In this document: positions 29,985 to 44,325 of the stretch, piece after piece
Layout of the letters: each line of letters opens with the position of its first letter
How positions within the stretch are numbered: the first letter of the stretch is position 1
Assembly: GCF_009914755.1 (NCBI RefSeq)
Contig: NC_060933.1
Length of the DNA: 64,000 nt
Direction: 5' to 3' (one strand)
Source: the human T2T-CHM13v2.0 reference genome, Homo sapiens
Notes under the pieces: model-generated
Told to the model about the DNA's origin: nothing
Database searches by the model: none
What the model saw: only the letters and a program-made list of their open reading frames with translations
Made by a program: the position numbers and the translations under genes

Positions 29985-30895
29985 CTCCCTGATGTCATTA
30001 ATGTCCCTGCTATTACCAAGTCCAATGGACATGTTCAGATCCATCAACAGCATTTGAGAGCAGCTTTCCTCCAAACCTCTATGCATGCGGCCTCTAGGAC
30101 ACAACCTTCCCTGGATTTTCCTCCAACTCTATTGTTTTTCTTTCTCTTTTCTCCTGTTTCCCCTCGACTTCTCATCCTCACCTCTATTAATTCTATTAAC
30201 TGGGGAACCCAAAGCTTGGGTCTTGAACCCTACGGCATTGTTATTCTCTTTTTTGTTGATTTTGTCTAATCCCGTGGCTCTGTCACCATTTATATGCTAG
30301 CGACTTCCAAGAGAATATCCCCAGCCCAGTTTTCTGAGTTCTGGATTCAAGTATCAAATTGCTTATTTGGCATCTCCAGAAGGTTATTTAACAGACAGAT
30401 AAAATTCAATATGTCCCAAACCGAGCTCATGATTCTCCATTCAAGCCAAACAACTCTACCCTCCTCCGAGTGTTTCTTATCAATAAATACTACAATCACC
30501 CCAACAGGTGCTCTTAACACAAATCTGGGAGTCATCCTTGACATTTCCTTATATACTCACCCTCAATATATGAGGAAATAATTTACTTCCTCTTGTTTAT
30601 TCAACCTGCCTACATATTTCTGGCATCCATCCACTTCTCTCCAATTCCACAGCCACCATAAGAGTAGGGGCCAGCATTCTCTCTCACCTGATCAACCACT
30701 CTTCCCTTGATGAACACTGAGTTTACAGAGCAGGCAAAGTTCACACTCCACACCAGAGCCAGCAACGTTGTGCAGGGTTGGCTGCCTTCCCCCCTCCCAC
30801 TCCATCCTCTGCATCTCCCTACACACTCCCTAAACTCCAGCCGAATTGGTTTCCTCTCAGTAATATAATCTCAGTAGGCATTTCTGAATGAATGA
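29985..30895 (+). mobile_element. L2 LINE ORF2 (reverse transcriptase C-terminal half) and 3' region
   Basis: Decayed RT motifs: GEPKAWVLNP (~GVPQGSVLGP), HLYASD (~YADD), VSNCL..IS..IKFNMSQTELMI and NLGVILD; ends tgaatgaatga. Confidence 0.85.
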
Positions 30896-30896
30896 T

Positions 30897-30978
30897 GGAA
30901 GAAAGGAAGGAAGGAGTTACAGGGAAGGAGGAAAGCAGAGTAGGAAGGAGGATGGGAAGAAGGAAAAAAAGGAATAGG
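30897..30978 (+). repeat. GA-rich low-complexity tract
   Basis: ggaagaaaggaaggaagg.. purine run. Confidence 0.7.
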
Positions 30979-31004
30979 CTTAAGGTCATTAAAAAGAAAA
31001 TCTG

Positions 31005-31165
31005 TTCCTGGAATCAGAAAATCTGAGTTTGAGTCCTAGCTCATTACGTAGAGTATCATGAACTTGAAAATGGACTTAATGTCTCCCTTACAGGGGATGC
31101 ATTAAAGGTTAAGTGAGGTGATGTGTATGAAAGTTGTCTGTACACTATCAAAGCACTGTACAAAC
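31005..31165 (+). mobile_element. MIR (MIRc/MIR3-like)
   Basis: ctggaatcagaaaatctgagtttgagtcctagctc..tgtgtatgaaag..aaagcactgtacaaa. Confidence 0.6.
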
Positions 31166-31245
31166 AGAATATGGAAGCTTAAGACAGGTAAAATACCCGA
31201 GGAGCCTATCACAGAGATAATGCAATTTAGATGGTAAAAAGAAAT

Positions 31246-31523
<278 letters not shown>

Positions 31524-31760
31524 TCAATCTTTTTCTCCCTCTATTGTCCACAAGTCATAACTGTATAAATTCATCATATCCATGTAAAACAGGTTATAAC
31601 ACACTTCTATCTGAGCCTCTCCTTATATTACTGCAATTTTCAATAAGTTTAAAAAAAGGGCTCAGTGTTGACCACTCCCTGACCCAAGGATTTTCAAATT
31701 TGTGTAATTCTCACAAGAAAAATGTATTATTCCCTTAATGAGTATGATCACTTTCCTAAA

Positions 31761-31945
31761 TTTTTGTTGTTGTTACTGTTGTTTTGTTTTTTGAGATGGT
31801 CTCGCTTGTCACCCAGACTGGAGTGCAGTGGCACCATCTTGGCTCACTGCAACCTCCGCCTCTGGGATTCTGTGATTCTCCTGCCTCAGCCTCCCGAGTA
31901 GCTGGGATTACAGGCACCTGCTACCACGCCCAGCTAATTTCTGTA
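31761..31945 (-). mobile_element. Alu right arm (5'-truncated insertion)
   Basis: Right arm plus (TTG)-patterned tail; TSD cctaaattt on both sides. Confidence 0.92.
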
Positions 31946-34896
31946 CCTAAATTTGTTTTGAAACAAAAGTATTCTATAATTTTAACAAATGCAGAGGAGC
32001 ACATACAAGAAACAAATTCCCAGAAGTTAAGGTATCAAGTAATACTAGTTTTGGATTTTGAATTATTTCCTGATTACTTGGGAACATCATTTTCCATTTC
32101 TAAACCAACATTTCCTTGTCTCTTAAAATTCATAAGAAGCAACAGCAAAGAAGACATAAAAGATATATCTGCTTCTTAAGTTAGACAGCAGTTAAACACA
32201 TAACAAATTGAGAATAAAAAATAATTTATCATATTCACATAAAATAGTTTTAAAGGAAGCACATACATGTCTTGGTAGAAAATGTCTTTATAATTATGTA
32301 TCACATGTTTATTACTTACTAGATTAAAACAGTAGTAATAATAATCTACTGCTGATATAGTAAAGGCAATTCCCTAGGTGTTTCTTTTGGTAATAGCACC
32401 TAGCATTTATATTTGTTAAGTGTATTTTTCCATGAGCAGAGTTCTCTGAAAGCTCTATCAATAGTAATAAAAATGGCCAACTGTGATTCGGAGCATTTAG
32501 TCAGCACTGTATCCCTATGTGTAAATTCCAAGCCAGGCATTCATTTCAACTCAATTCTGCTGCTTCACTACTGCTATCTTGTCGACCAGAAAAGTACAGG
32601 ACTCAAATTCTCCCAAAGAACTGCCAGACTCACTTAGTCCAAGCAAAGGAGAAAAGAAGCCAATTATGAATTTTATTACTTCCACAATTCTCCTCAAGAG
32701 AAACATTATAAGAAAGAACACTGAATTAAAAAAAAAGAAAACTGCCTCGTTTCCAAGGGATCTTGATCAAACCAAGCTTACTACGGAAGTTCTTCTGAAA
32801 TTAGATATAATAGGATTTTCAGGGAGGTTTGATATTTATCCCAAGGTAAAACAACTTCTTACCGCTTTACCTTTCCTTTATTTAGTCTGACTCGAATATT
32901 ATTGTAGTTATTGGATTAGAGATTCATTTTAAAAAGCAACTTTTCAGACTTGAAATAGCTTTATGGAAGCATCTCACATTTCAGCAGCTAAAGACAAGTG
33001 TTCATGGTTTTGCCAATTCAATTCACTAGAAGCCATCTAAGTCTGCATGGTCTCTCTTTTTTTTCCTTCCCCTACTGTGGCTTTGAAGTTGAAAAAGAAC
33101 TTCATATATTTAGGAAACAGAGCGATTATCCCAAGGCTCTGAACTTGAGCTTAAGAAAAAAAAGCGCTCATCTCAGGAGCAGAGATGCGTGAGCATATGC
33201 CAGGCAGGAATGCATGTCAGAGTCCTTTGATGGAAATTCACAGTCTCAGAGATGTACCCAAGCAAAGCACAACAAACAATGAAAGCTAATTGCCAAGAGT
33301 CAGGGTTGTCTTCATAATGCATTGCATCTGCATAGCTTGGCGTCCAGTGTTAATTAACCACAGCCAGGTTGGGATTGCTTCCTGATTTCACTGCAGCATG
33401 CCTCTGAAGCAACAGCAATGTCCACAGGTTAGCATTATCCTCCCGTGCCACTGTCCCCGCTGGACAGCACAAAACACCACAAATGAAGAGGCGAATGAAG
33501 AACTGAAATGGCAGTTCTTATGGGATCAAACAGAAAAGCACTGAGTTTTACTATTTTATTACTTCCTTTAGCAGGGATCAGCTCCAATCAATTAATGATT
33601 TAATTACCTAGACTAATTAAGATAATGAACAACAGCAAGCCTACAATCAATTAGCTTTATCCAAACTTTCTATTTTGAGTATAGGACCTTAAGGACTATA
33701 CTCTATGTCTTTGTTGCAGCAATAAAATATGTGGGTATATTACGGAACTGCCAGGGATGTGGTCACTCCCAACCTTAAGCAAACATACAAGGTCACTTGA
33801 ATAATTCTTTGGTGACAGAAGGTTGTGAAAGGATGTTACCTGGATGGGCAATGGATATTTCTCCATCAGAAATGCAGATCTTAAATTGAATTATGTCTCT
33901 CAAAAGCAAGTAATGGACCAAAGACAGGAACATGCCCTTTTGGTCAGCCAGCTTCTGTGATTTGAGTTACTTCAGAGTAACCATGTAAAAATAAAAAGCC
34001 CCTTTCAAACATCCAGCAGAAAGTAGCAGTGTTTCTTGATTACATTGTTCTTGGGACAAAGTGTTCCTTAAATTACTTAGCATGGGCTAAGAAATTCATA
34101 TATTTCCTAAGAAAGAAGTACAGACAAGAAGCAGGCAGTTAGGGAGGTGAGTAGTCTAAGTTCTAGTTTTTCCTTTCCATCTGTTACATCTACTTTGAAA
34201 TTTAAGGCTTAATGATCTGATTCCCTAATTATATTGGGTGTTCCTCACAGAGAGAAAAGGTCTCCTACTATTGGGTTTAACCATGGCCACTACTAAAGTA
34301 TAATCTATTATTGTCTACAATAAATATTTTTCAATAACCTTTTCCTCAAGCAAGAAACCATATAATGCATACCACAGTGTTCACATCTGTCATCTCCCAG
34401 GTACCACATCTCTCGGCTTACCTATACTGGTTGTGTATTGTCTCTCTCAGAATAAAAATGATCATAGTGCAAGTTTCCTTGTATGTGCCAGCAGTACTGC
34501 ACTATGCTTTTAGGGGAACTTCAAACTTGCCCATGGATAAAAGGCATTAAGATTTTATACCTCACAGGCTAAGCTAGCTCTGCACCATGCAAGAAAACTG
34601 ACTCACTTTCCAAATGCCTTCTAAGGCACCTCTGAAATAAAGGGGAAATCTCAATCCAACAAAAATGGATGCCGTGTATAAAATTTATATCTGTTCTTTG
34701 TTCAGCCAACCAGTTATTGAGAGTATACCATGTCTCAGGCAATGTGCAAATAGAACATAGAAAAAGTTATTTAATATCACCTCATGTCTGTTAGAGTGGT
34801 TGTTATCAAATAACAAAAGGTAGGTGTTGGTGAGGATGTGGAGAAAAGGGAACCCATACACGCTACTGGTGGAAATGTAAATTAGTACAGCCATTA

Positions 34897-35255
<359 letters not shown>

Positions 35256-35784
35256 CCAGAGCTACCATGTGATCCAGCAATCCCACTACTAGGTCTATAT
35301 ATTCAAAGGAAATGAAATAGGTATGTCAAAGAGATGTGTACATTCCCCTGTTTATTGCAGTAATACTCACATTAGCCAAGATGTGGAAGCAACCTAAGTG
35401 TCCATCAATGGATGAGTGAATAAAGAAAACGTCCTATTATGTACACAGTGAAATCCTACTCAGCCTTTAAAAAAAGAATGAAATGCTGTCATTTGCAACA
35501 ATATGGATGAGTCTGGAGACCATTATGGCAAGTGAAGTAAGCCAGGCACAAAAAGACAAATACTCCATGATCTCACTCATATATGGGATCTGAAAAACTG
35601 ATTTCATAGAAGTAGAAAGTGGAATAGTGGCTATCAGAGGCTGGGTAGGGGGTTGGGAGGGGTTGGGGAGATGTTGGTCAAAGGACGCAAAATTTTACTT
35701 AAGAGGAATAAGTTCAACAGATCTACTGTACAACATGGTGACTACAGAAAATGTGATACTGCATTCTTCAAAAATGCTAACAGA

Positions 35785-36134
<350 letters not shown>

Positions 36135-36454
36135 TCATAACAAAAATTATAATTACATGAGGTAACACATTGGCTACTTAGCCAAATTTAGTCATTCTAC
36201 AACATATACATTAAAATATCCAGTTATATTCAGTAAATACATATAATGTTGTCTGTCAATATAAAAAAATTAAAATAAAAAAGAAATCATTTAGATCCTA
36301 ATGGAAGAGTCAGTCTACATAACCAAATACAGGAATCAAAGAGGAAAAAAGTGACTAGAGTTATAAAATATGTTTGGTGTGCTAAGGGAAAGGTAAATAG
36401 GGCATCTTTAAGTGCAATAAAGATGGGCAAATGAAGATAATAGAGAGTGCCTCA

Positions 36455-36690
36455 GGAATTAAGCATGTGATCTCTGAAGTCAGACAACCTAGGTATGAAT
36501 CACAGCTTATTATTTATTATGAACAAACAGCGAACAACTACGGACAAATTACTTAACCCCTCCAAACTACAATTTACCCTATCTTAAAGTCTAGGCTAAT
36601 AAGGGTTCTTAAAACACATGATTGTTATTAAATAATCTGCGTGAAGCAAGGTGCACGCACATCCTAAGTGCCCAATAAATATTAGCTCTT
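36455..36690 (+). mobile_element. MIR
   Basis: ctctgaagtcagacaacctaggtatgaatc..ggacaaattacttaaccc..taagtgcccaataaatattagct. Confidence 0.7.
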
Positions 36691-36886
36691 TGTTACTAAT
36701 ATTAGAAGCTTTTTTCCTGGCAATAGTGGACCATATATGCTCCTGGTAATGAGCTACAACCCTTTGCAAGAAAGCAAATTTCTGAAAGACTTGGCTCTCT
36801 TAAAGGTCTCAGGGTCAAGTACATTCAGCTCATGTTCATTAGCTAATAACATTCAAAAGGTAAATCAAGAGGATATTAAAAAATAA

Positions 36887-37205
36887 GGCCATGCAGGGTG
36901 GCTTATGCCTGTAATCCTAGCACTCTGGGAAGCCAAGGCGGTGGGTCACTTGAGCCCATGAGTTTGAGACCAGCCTGGGCAACATGGCAAAACCCCGTCT
37001 CTACAAAAAATACAAAAATTAGCAAGGAATGGTGGCAGGCGCCTATACTCCTAGCTACTCAGGAGGCTGAGGTGGGAGGATCACCTGAGCCCAACAGGTC
37101 GAGGCTGAGGTTAGCAGTGATTGTGCCACTGCACTCCAGCCTGGGTGACAGAGTGAGACCTTGTCTCAAAAAATAAATAAATAAAAATAACAATAATAAT
37201 AACAG
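36887..37205 (+). mobile_element. AluJ (Jb-like)
   Basis: J diagnostics cttgagccc, ggtgggaggatcacctgagccc, gtcgaggctg, gagaccttgtctc. Confidence 0.93.
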
Positions 37206-38142
37206 TAATAGGATATCAAAAATGTGCCCTTTCATAATTATAAATGAGTTTTTATGTCAGAATTAACAATTAACGATTTTATATCAGAAATAATAATTAG
37301 TATAATCTAAATACTTTAGATAAGTCTTATTAAAAAGACTTTATTTCTGAGAACTTTACATATGAAGGGCCTTCAAACATTTAGTGTTCACAGAATTATT
37401 CTCAGGATCTCCATCAAACGAATAAAACTAGCCTTAAACTTTAGGCTGAAATAAAAATTCACCTTGGTAAGCACTTTGATTATCAAAATATATTGCTTTC
37501 AAGTAACATTTCTACTAAGTTTGGGAAATTAATTTAAACTCCATGTGTTCTTATGTAATTAATGCTAGATGTGAAAGTATCTTACTTTATTTTAATGTCA
37601 GATATCCAAAATGTCCAATTTATAGTAACATTTAATGTTATTTCATGCCATAACTCAACATAATTAATTAACTGGTTGTTAAATATCATTATAAAACACT
37701 GTAAGAATCACTACCAATATATATGTAAGATAATAATATATTTCATCAGCAATATAAAATAATTGTCTTGGTAATTAAGGAAGCTCATTTAGTTCTAGTA
37801 ATAGTTTATTCAAACATATAATTATACTGTATAGCTAACAAGTACGCCTTTTAATCAAATATATAATTATTAAAATATTCTTGAGGGATATAATTGGCAT
37901 ATTATAAATATATTTCTATCATGACTACTTAAACCTCAATAAATGTACCTTTAAAAAGGCCTTGATTTAATTAGCATACAGTAACTCTCTCCTTGAAATG
38001 AAATTAAGTCCTTAAGAAAAACAACTAATATGAAGCATAATCTTATATTACTCAAATTACTAAACCTTGCCAAGCAAAAATAATAATAAAAACCCTTCGA
38101 GAGCTCATTTACCAAAAATACAAAGATCACGTCTCCAAGCAA

Positions 38143-38285
38143 TAATTCTCAGCCTGATTGCCCAGCAGGACCATGTAGGGAGCTTTTATGAAATCTATTA
38201 GCCCAGACCCCATCTACAGAGATTCTGATTAGGTTGGTTGGGAGGTGGGCCCAGGTATCTGTTGGTTTTGCTTTTTAGAAAGTCC
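38143..38285. mobile_element. MER5-family DNA transposon fragment
   Basis: cagaccccatctacagagattctgatt..gtgggcccaggtatctg. Confidence 0.55.
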
Positions 38286-38294
38286 ATAAACCAC

Positions 38295-38830
38295 CACACC
38301 AGAGACTGATAAAACGTATTTCTCCCAGCCCATAAATGTTTATTGTAGCTTCATTCATAATCACCAAATATTTGAAACAACCCAAAGGAATAAATAAAAC
38401 TGTGATACGGATATAATGCTACGCAAGCAATGATCTATTGATTTATGCAACAACATGGATGAATCTTAAATGCATTCTGCTCAGTGAAAGAAGCCAGACC
38501 CAAAAGGCTACATACTGCGGCAGTGTGAGGGAAATTCTGAAGTGAAGGAACTGCTACATGTAATTGTAGTAATGAATACATAACTATGCATCTGTCAAGA
38601 CTCATACAACAGTACAACACAAAGAGTGGATTTTACTCTATATAAATTTTTTTAAATCGACCAAGAAGTAGGGGAGGGAGGGAGATGCAATGCAGAGTGT
38701 GACAAATGAAATAACTGTCTTACAAATGTATCACATAACTATATTGAAGGAGACAGGGATGGAGCTGTCCTTAGTAATTTTGGTAAACAGTCTTTTGGCT
38801 GGATATTGTAAGAGTAAAGACAGCCTGTAT
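38295..38830 (+). mobile_element. Old L1 (L1MC/MD-like) 3' fragment
   Basis: aatgtttattgtagcttcattcataatcaccaaa, caacatggatgaatctt, agtgaaagaagccagaccc. Confidence 0.75.
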
Positions 38831-39196
38831 CAACAGTATTTTCTTGTTCTGAATGAAAAAGAAGTCATTATTTATTACAAATATTTAGCTTACTGTTTAT
38901 CAATTGTGTGTCTTTACTAATGAACAACACTAAACAATCTTAAAATCTGAAAGGTTTTGTAAAAACTTTTTACTGGTGTTATTTTCGTCACTATGTGCCT
39001 TTTTTTTTTTTCTTTTTGGAAAGAAGCTGGGCAGGATGAGCATGTAAAGGCTTCTTCAAAGTGTGAAAGTGGACAGATACTGCCTCCAGGATCCAGAACA
39101 ACAGTCATTTACAAAGCTAGAGACAGAATGCACTGAAAATACAGCAATTTTACAGGTAGTTCCAGCAGGGGATAATTTATCTAATCAAACAGCTGA

Positions 39197-39757
<561 letters not shown>

Positions 39758-39826
39758 TGAAATTTGGTATCCAGTTCGCTCCTAAACTGAGTCTCCAATT
39801 GTCCACTTAAAATCTTTATCCACTGA

Positions 39827-40460
<634 letters not shown>

Positions 40461-41084
40461 TCTTTATCCACTGACACATAACTTGGAGGACCATGGTGAG
40501 AATTAGTGAGGCCTGACCTTGGTACACAGTGACTCAATTTCAGGCTTTGAATCAGTTAGTCCTATCAGAATGCTACAAGTCAGAGTATCCTGGCAAGAAA
40601 TTTACTATTGGCCATAATAATGAATAACGGCCCTAATTAAAGCCTAAGGTGGATCAGATGAGAAGCGGGTCACAAACCTAAAGAGATGATCTATATAATC
40701 TACTTGTTCTTGGACATCCATCACTTCAGGAGAAAATTTTTGTGTCTCAGTTATCAGTGCCATCAAGAGCAATGATTATTTTCCATATTGTAATCAGAGT
40801 AATCCTAACAAAGCACAAATATAATCATCTTTACCTTTCCCCTTTAACAGCTTATTGGGTTTTTTTTGTTTTGTTTTGTTTTGTTTTATATCACGGCCTC
40901 CTTTATTCTGCCCTTTGCAGACACTAGTCATATTCCTTTGAGCCTTGGCACAAGCTTTTTTTTCTGCCTGTTGGCTCTTAAATCCCAACATCACTAGCAA
41001 ACTCCTAAATACTCCTGTTGCTTCCAGGAAGCCTGACCTCCAGATAGCTTGGTGCGCAGTAGAATACCTCCCCATTATAGGATC

Positions 41085-41575
41085 TCTGTACAAGGTTTTT
41101 CTCCTAATCCTTTACATTTTCTCCATTCATTCCCCTTGCTATTCCTAGAACCTGCTAGTCAAGGTCCTGCCCTAGGGTCTTTGGACTGGCTGTTTTCCTG
41201 GCCTGGAATACTCCTCCCCATGGCTAACTTCCCTACCTCCTTCAAATCTTTGCTTAAATGTCACTTTCTCACTGACCTGACTACCCAATTTTAAATCACA
41301 TCTGAACCCCTACCCACCCCCATCATGCACCCTCCTGATTTCCCTTACTCTAGTCTTTCTCCCACCATAATACTTAGGTCACCTTTGAACACATAATATA
41401 CTTTCCTATTTATCAATTGTATTGTTTATTATATTGTATTTATTGTTCAATTTCATAATTTAGAGCCCCCTAGAATGCGACCTTAATGGTGCAAGATTTT
41501 TTTTTTTGTCTGTCTTGGTCACTGTTGTATCTCAAAAGCCTGGAATAAAAAGAATATCTCTGAAATGAATGAGTT
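41085..41575 (+). mobile_element. L2 3' end
   Basis: gctgttttcctggcctggaatactcc, cctccttcaaatctttgcttaaatgtcac, ..tgaaatgaatga. Confidence 0.75.
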
Positions 41576-41774
41576 GCTTAAGGACCTATATACAAGACAT
41601 TCAAGAAGAAAGAGAGAAAGCTCACACTTCCAGGACCTGAACAATATCTGTGAGTTAAAATGTGAATGCAGAAAAGATCTATGAAAAAAAAAAATAGCTG
41701 CTGTAAATTTAAGGTAGCAAATTAGAAGGTGTCATCAACTAAGCTCAGCAGAAAAAGCAAATCCTACAGCTACA

Positions 41775-41960
41775 TCGACCAATTATGAGCCTCTAATCGC
41801 TGCCAGGACCTCAAACACATTATCCCAGTTAATTCTCACACAACACATAACAACTGCAGGATGAGGTTCTCACACCCATTTCACAGATGAGCAACCTAAG
41901 ATTAGCCTGGAAGCTACAGGAGTGCACAGACCCTACCTGTTCCCATCTTGCCATCATACC
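41775..41960 (-). mobile_element. MIR
   Basis: ttaattctcacaacaac..cccatttcacagatgagcaac. Confidence 0.6.
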
Positions 41961-42035
41961 ACCAGCATCCAGCGATATGCTGGCGGGCAGTAGGTGTAGA
42001 ATATATAGAAGCTGCATAAAATTAAAAAATATATA

Positions 42036-42150
42036 TGCTCAGAGAGGTTAACAAACTTGACCAAGACCACTTATCCAGTAAATAGCAAAATACAGGATTT
42101 GAACTCAGATCATTTTATTTAAAAACCAATGCTCTTCCCACCACACCATA
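42036..42150 (-). mobile_element. MIR fragment
   Basis: gctcagagaggttaacaaacttgaccaagaccac..ggatttgaactcag. Confidence 0.65.
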
Positions 42151-42647
42151 TTTCTTCTAACTAAAGTTATAAAACACATACGGACCTACAAAAATGCAAC
42201 AGTCAGGCCAACGATCTACCACAGTCATTCCTCAGGGCCTCTTAACAGAGAAAAATATAAATTGATATTCCTAATTAGTGTCACCTCAATAATCAAGCAG
42301 CAATCATGTTTCATTTGATCTCTTTAATATTGAGACAGGCAAAGTACATTCTAGAGACAATTACAACAAAATAGATAAGTTTAAAGTTTAGCACCAAATG
42401 TTTAGCCTTCAGACAATTCAAAAGTCATTTTCACAGAAATAGTACACAGACATTACAGTATGAGTAAATTCCTGCTTCTACTTAGCTGCTCACTTGGGCA
42501 ATGCCCTTTGGAGCACTGGACCTTGAAATGCTAATTCACTGGCTGAACTACTGTTCACCTGCTCTTTAGCCTTAACAGGTCTGTGGCTTCACATTGGGTA
42601 GCCACAGCAGTCCCTAAGAGAAAAAAGGAGCTCCAGCAACCAAGCTA

Positions 42648-42689
42648 TTTAATTGTGAAAACCGCAATTACCTTTGCACCAACCTAATA
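42648..42689. mobile_element. Half MADE1 / solo Hsmar1 terminal inverted repeat
   Basis: aaaaccgcaattacctttgcaccaacctaa followed by TA matches the mariner Hsmar1 TIR. Confidence 0.85.
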
Positions 42690-43460
42690 ACCTAATAACT
42701 TGACTCCAGAGGATGGATGAAACCAGGAGAAGAGAGGGGGAGCCTCTCTCCCCACCCTTGGGCTAGGAGACACCTAAGGTCTGTAAACCTGGCATTGTTA
42801 GAACCTACAAGGAGAACCAAAGGATTTAAATGAATAATTCATCATCCCAAATTCACATTCACTAGAAGTATCTATGTAATTGTGGTTAAAGTACTTCAAA
42901 TGTGTCCTTCTGCTTCATATTTTAGTGTAAGATACTAGGTAATAGAATCCATTCTCTAATTCACTTTACACAAACAGAATCAGCCCAAATGTTTGCTGCC
43001 AATTCTTACATTTCCTATTGTTAAGCACAGAAATAGCTGGAAACTGCTGGTATTGAGAAATTTTATTCATTTCAGTTCTACAAATTTCTAGAGGCCCTAC
43101 ACAGAGATTGAAAGCCTATAGTCGCAGACGAGATCCATCCCAAAGATGTACTTCCTTTAGCCTCAATATTATTGTAAAACCTAGGGGATGGTTCACATAT
43201 AAACCTAGACTTTAAGCTGCACTAGGAAAATCAAAGGATCCGGAGCATGCACTCCCAAATAGGAAGAAGAGAATGGGTGGTGGCTTCCCTCATGAGATAC
43301 AACACAAACTTTCGAAACAGTTGAACTGGCCTACCTCAATAATGAATGTTACTCTCCTGGTCACTGGCTGTATGGAAGGCCCAGTATTGGAATGTAGGGG
43401 GTTGGGGGTGAGGCAGAATCTGAGATGAATAAATAAACTTGTATGAGAATTGAAAATTTT

Positions 43461-43715
43461 AGGCTGGGCACTCTGGGAGGCTAAGGGGAGCAAATAGCTT
43501 AAGCCCAAGAGTTCAAGACCAGCCTAGACAACGTGGCAAAACCCCTTGTCTACAAAATAATACAAAAAATTAACCAGGCATGGTGGCATGTGCCTGTAAT
43601 CCCAGCTACTGGGGAGGCTGATGTCCTTGAGCCCAGAAGGCAGGGGTTGCACCTGTACCCCATCCTGGGTGACAGAGTGTGTCACTGTCTCAAAAAAGAA
43701 TTAAAGAAAGAAAAG
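43461..43715 (+). mobile_element. AluJ, degenerate with several internal deletions
   Basis: Both arms recognisable; three segments missing. Confidence 0.85.
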
Positions 43716-44159
43716 TTAGACAAATACATCTAAAAGTAACATATGAAAACTATGATACCTCTAGGAGAGACACAAAAACCGTATCAATGTGCATTAGGTG
43801 TGTTGGGGGGAGAAGCAGGGATGGAAGAGAAATACACAAAGTGTATCCTCCCCAACCTACGTCTCATCCTCTCTGGCTGTCCCTTCTATGACTCATCAAG
43901 CACTTATAAAGTCAACTCATCATGACATCCTGCAAATTCCACCTCTTGAATAAGTTTTGTATAGGGTCCTTTGGTATCCCATATTCAAAAATACAGTTCA
44001 GATCCTCAAGACCCTCATTCTATTTGACTTCACAGCAGTCTCCTAACTGGTCTTCCACCCTCCAACGCATCCTCCACATAGCTGCCAGTGACCTATTGAA
44101 AATTCAAGTCAGGCCACAACACTTCCCAGTTTAAAACTTTCACTGGGTTCCCTAGTAAT

Positions 44160-44325
44160 TTGTAATACTCAGCCTCACTTGAGAATAAACTGAGGGGCAT
44201 TTTTTAAATTAGCTATGCTTGATCCTCACCTTCACATGTTTTTATTAAATTAGTTGGTGTGGGGCCTACATGTCTACATTCTATTCCAAGTGATTCTGAT
44301 GTTTTATCAAGTTGAGAATCACCGT
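44160..44325. mobile_element. MER5-family element inside an L2 remnant
   Basis: ggtgtggggcc..ccaagtgattctgatg..gttgagaatcac. Confidence 0.55.
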
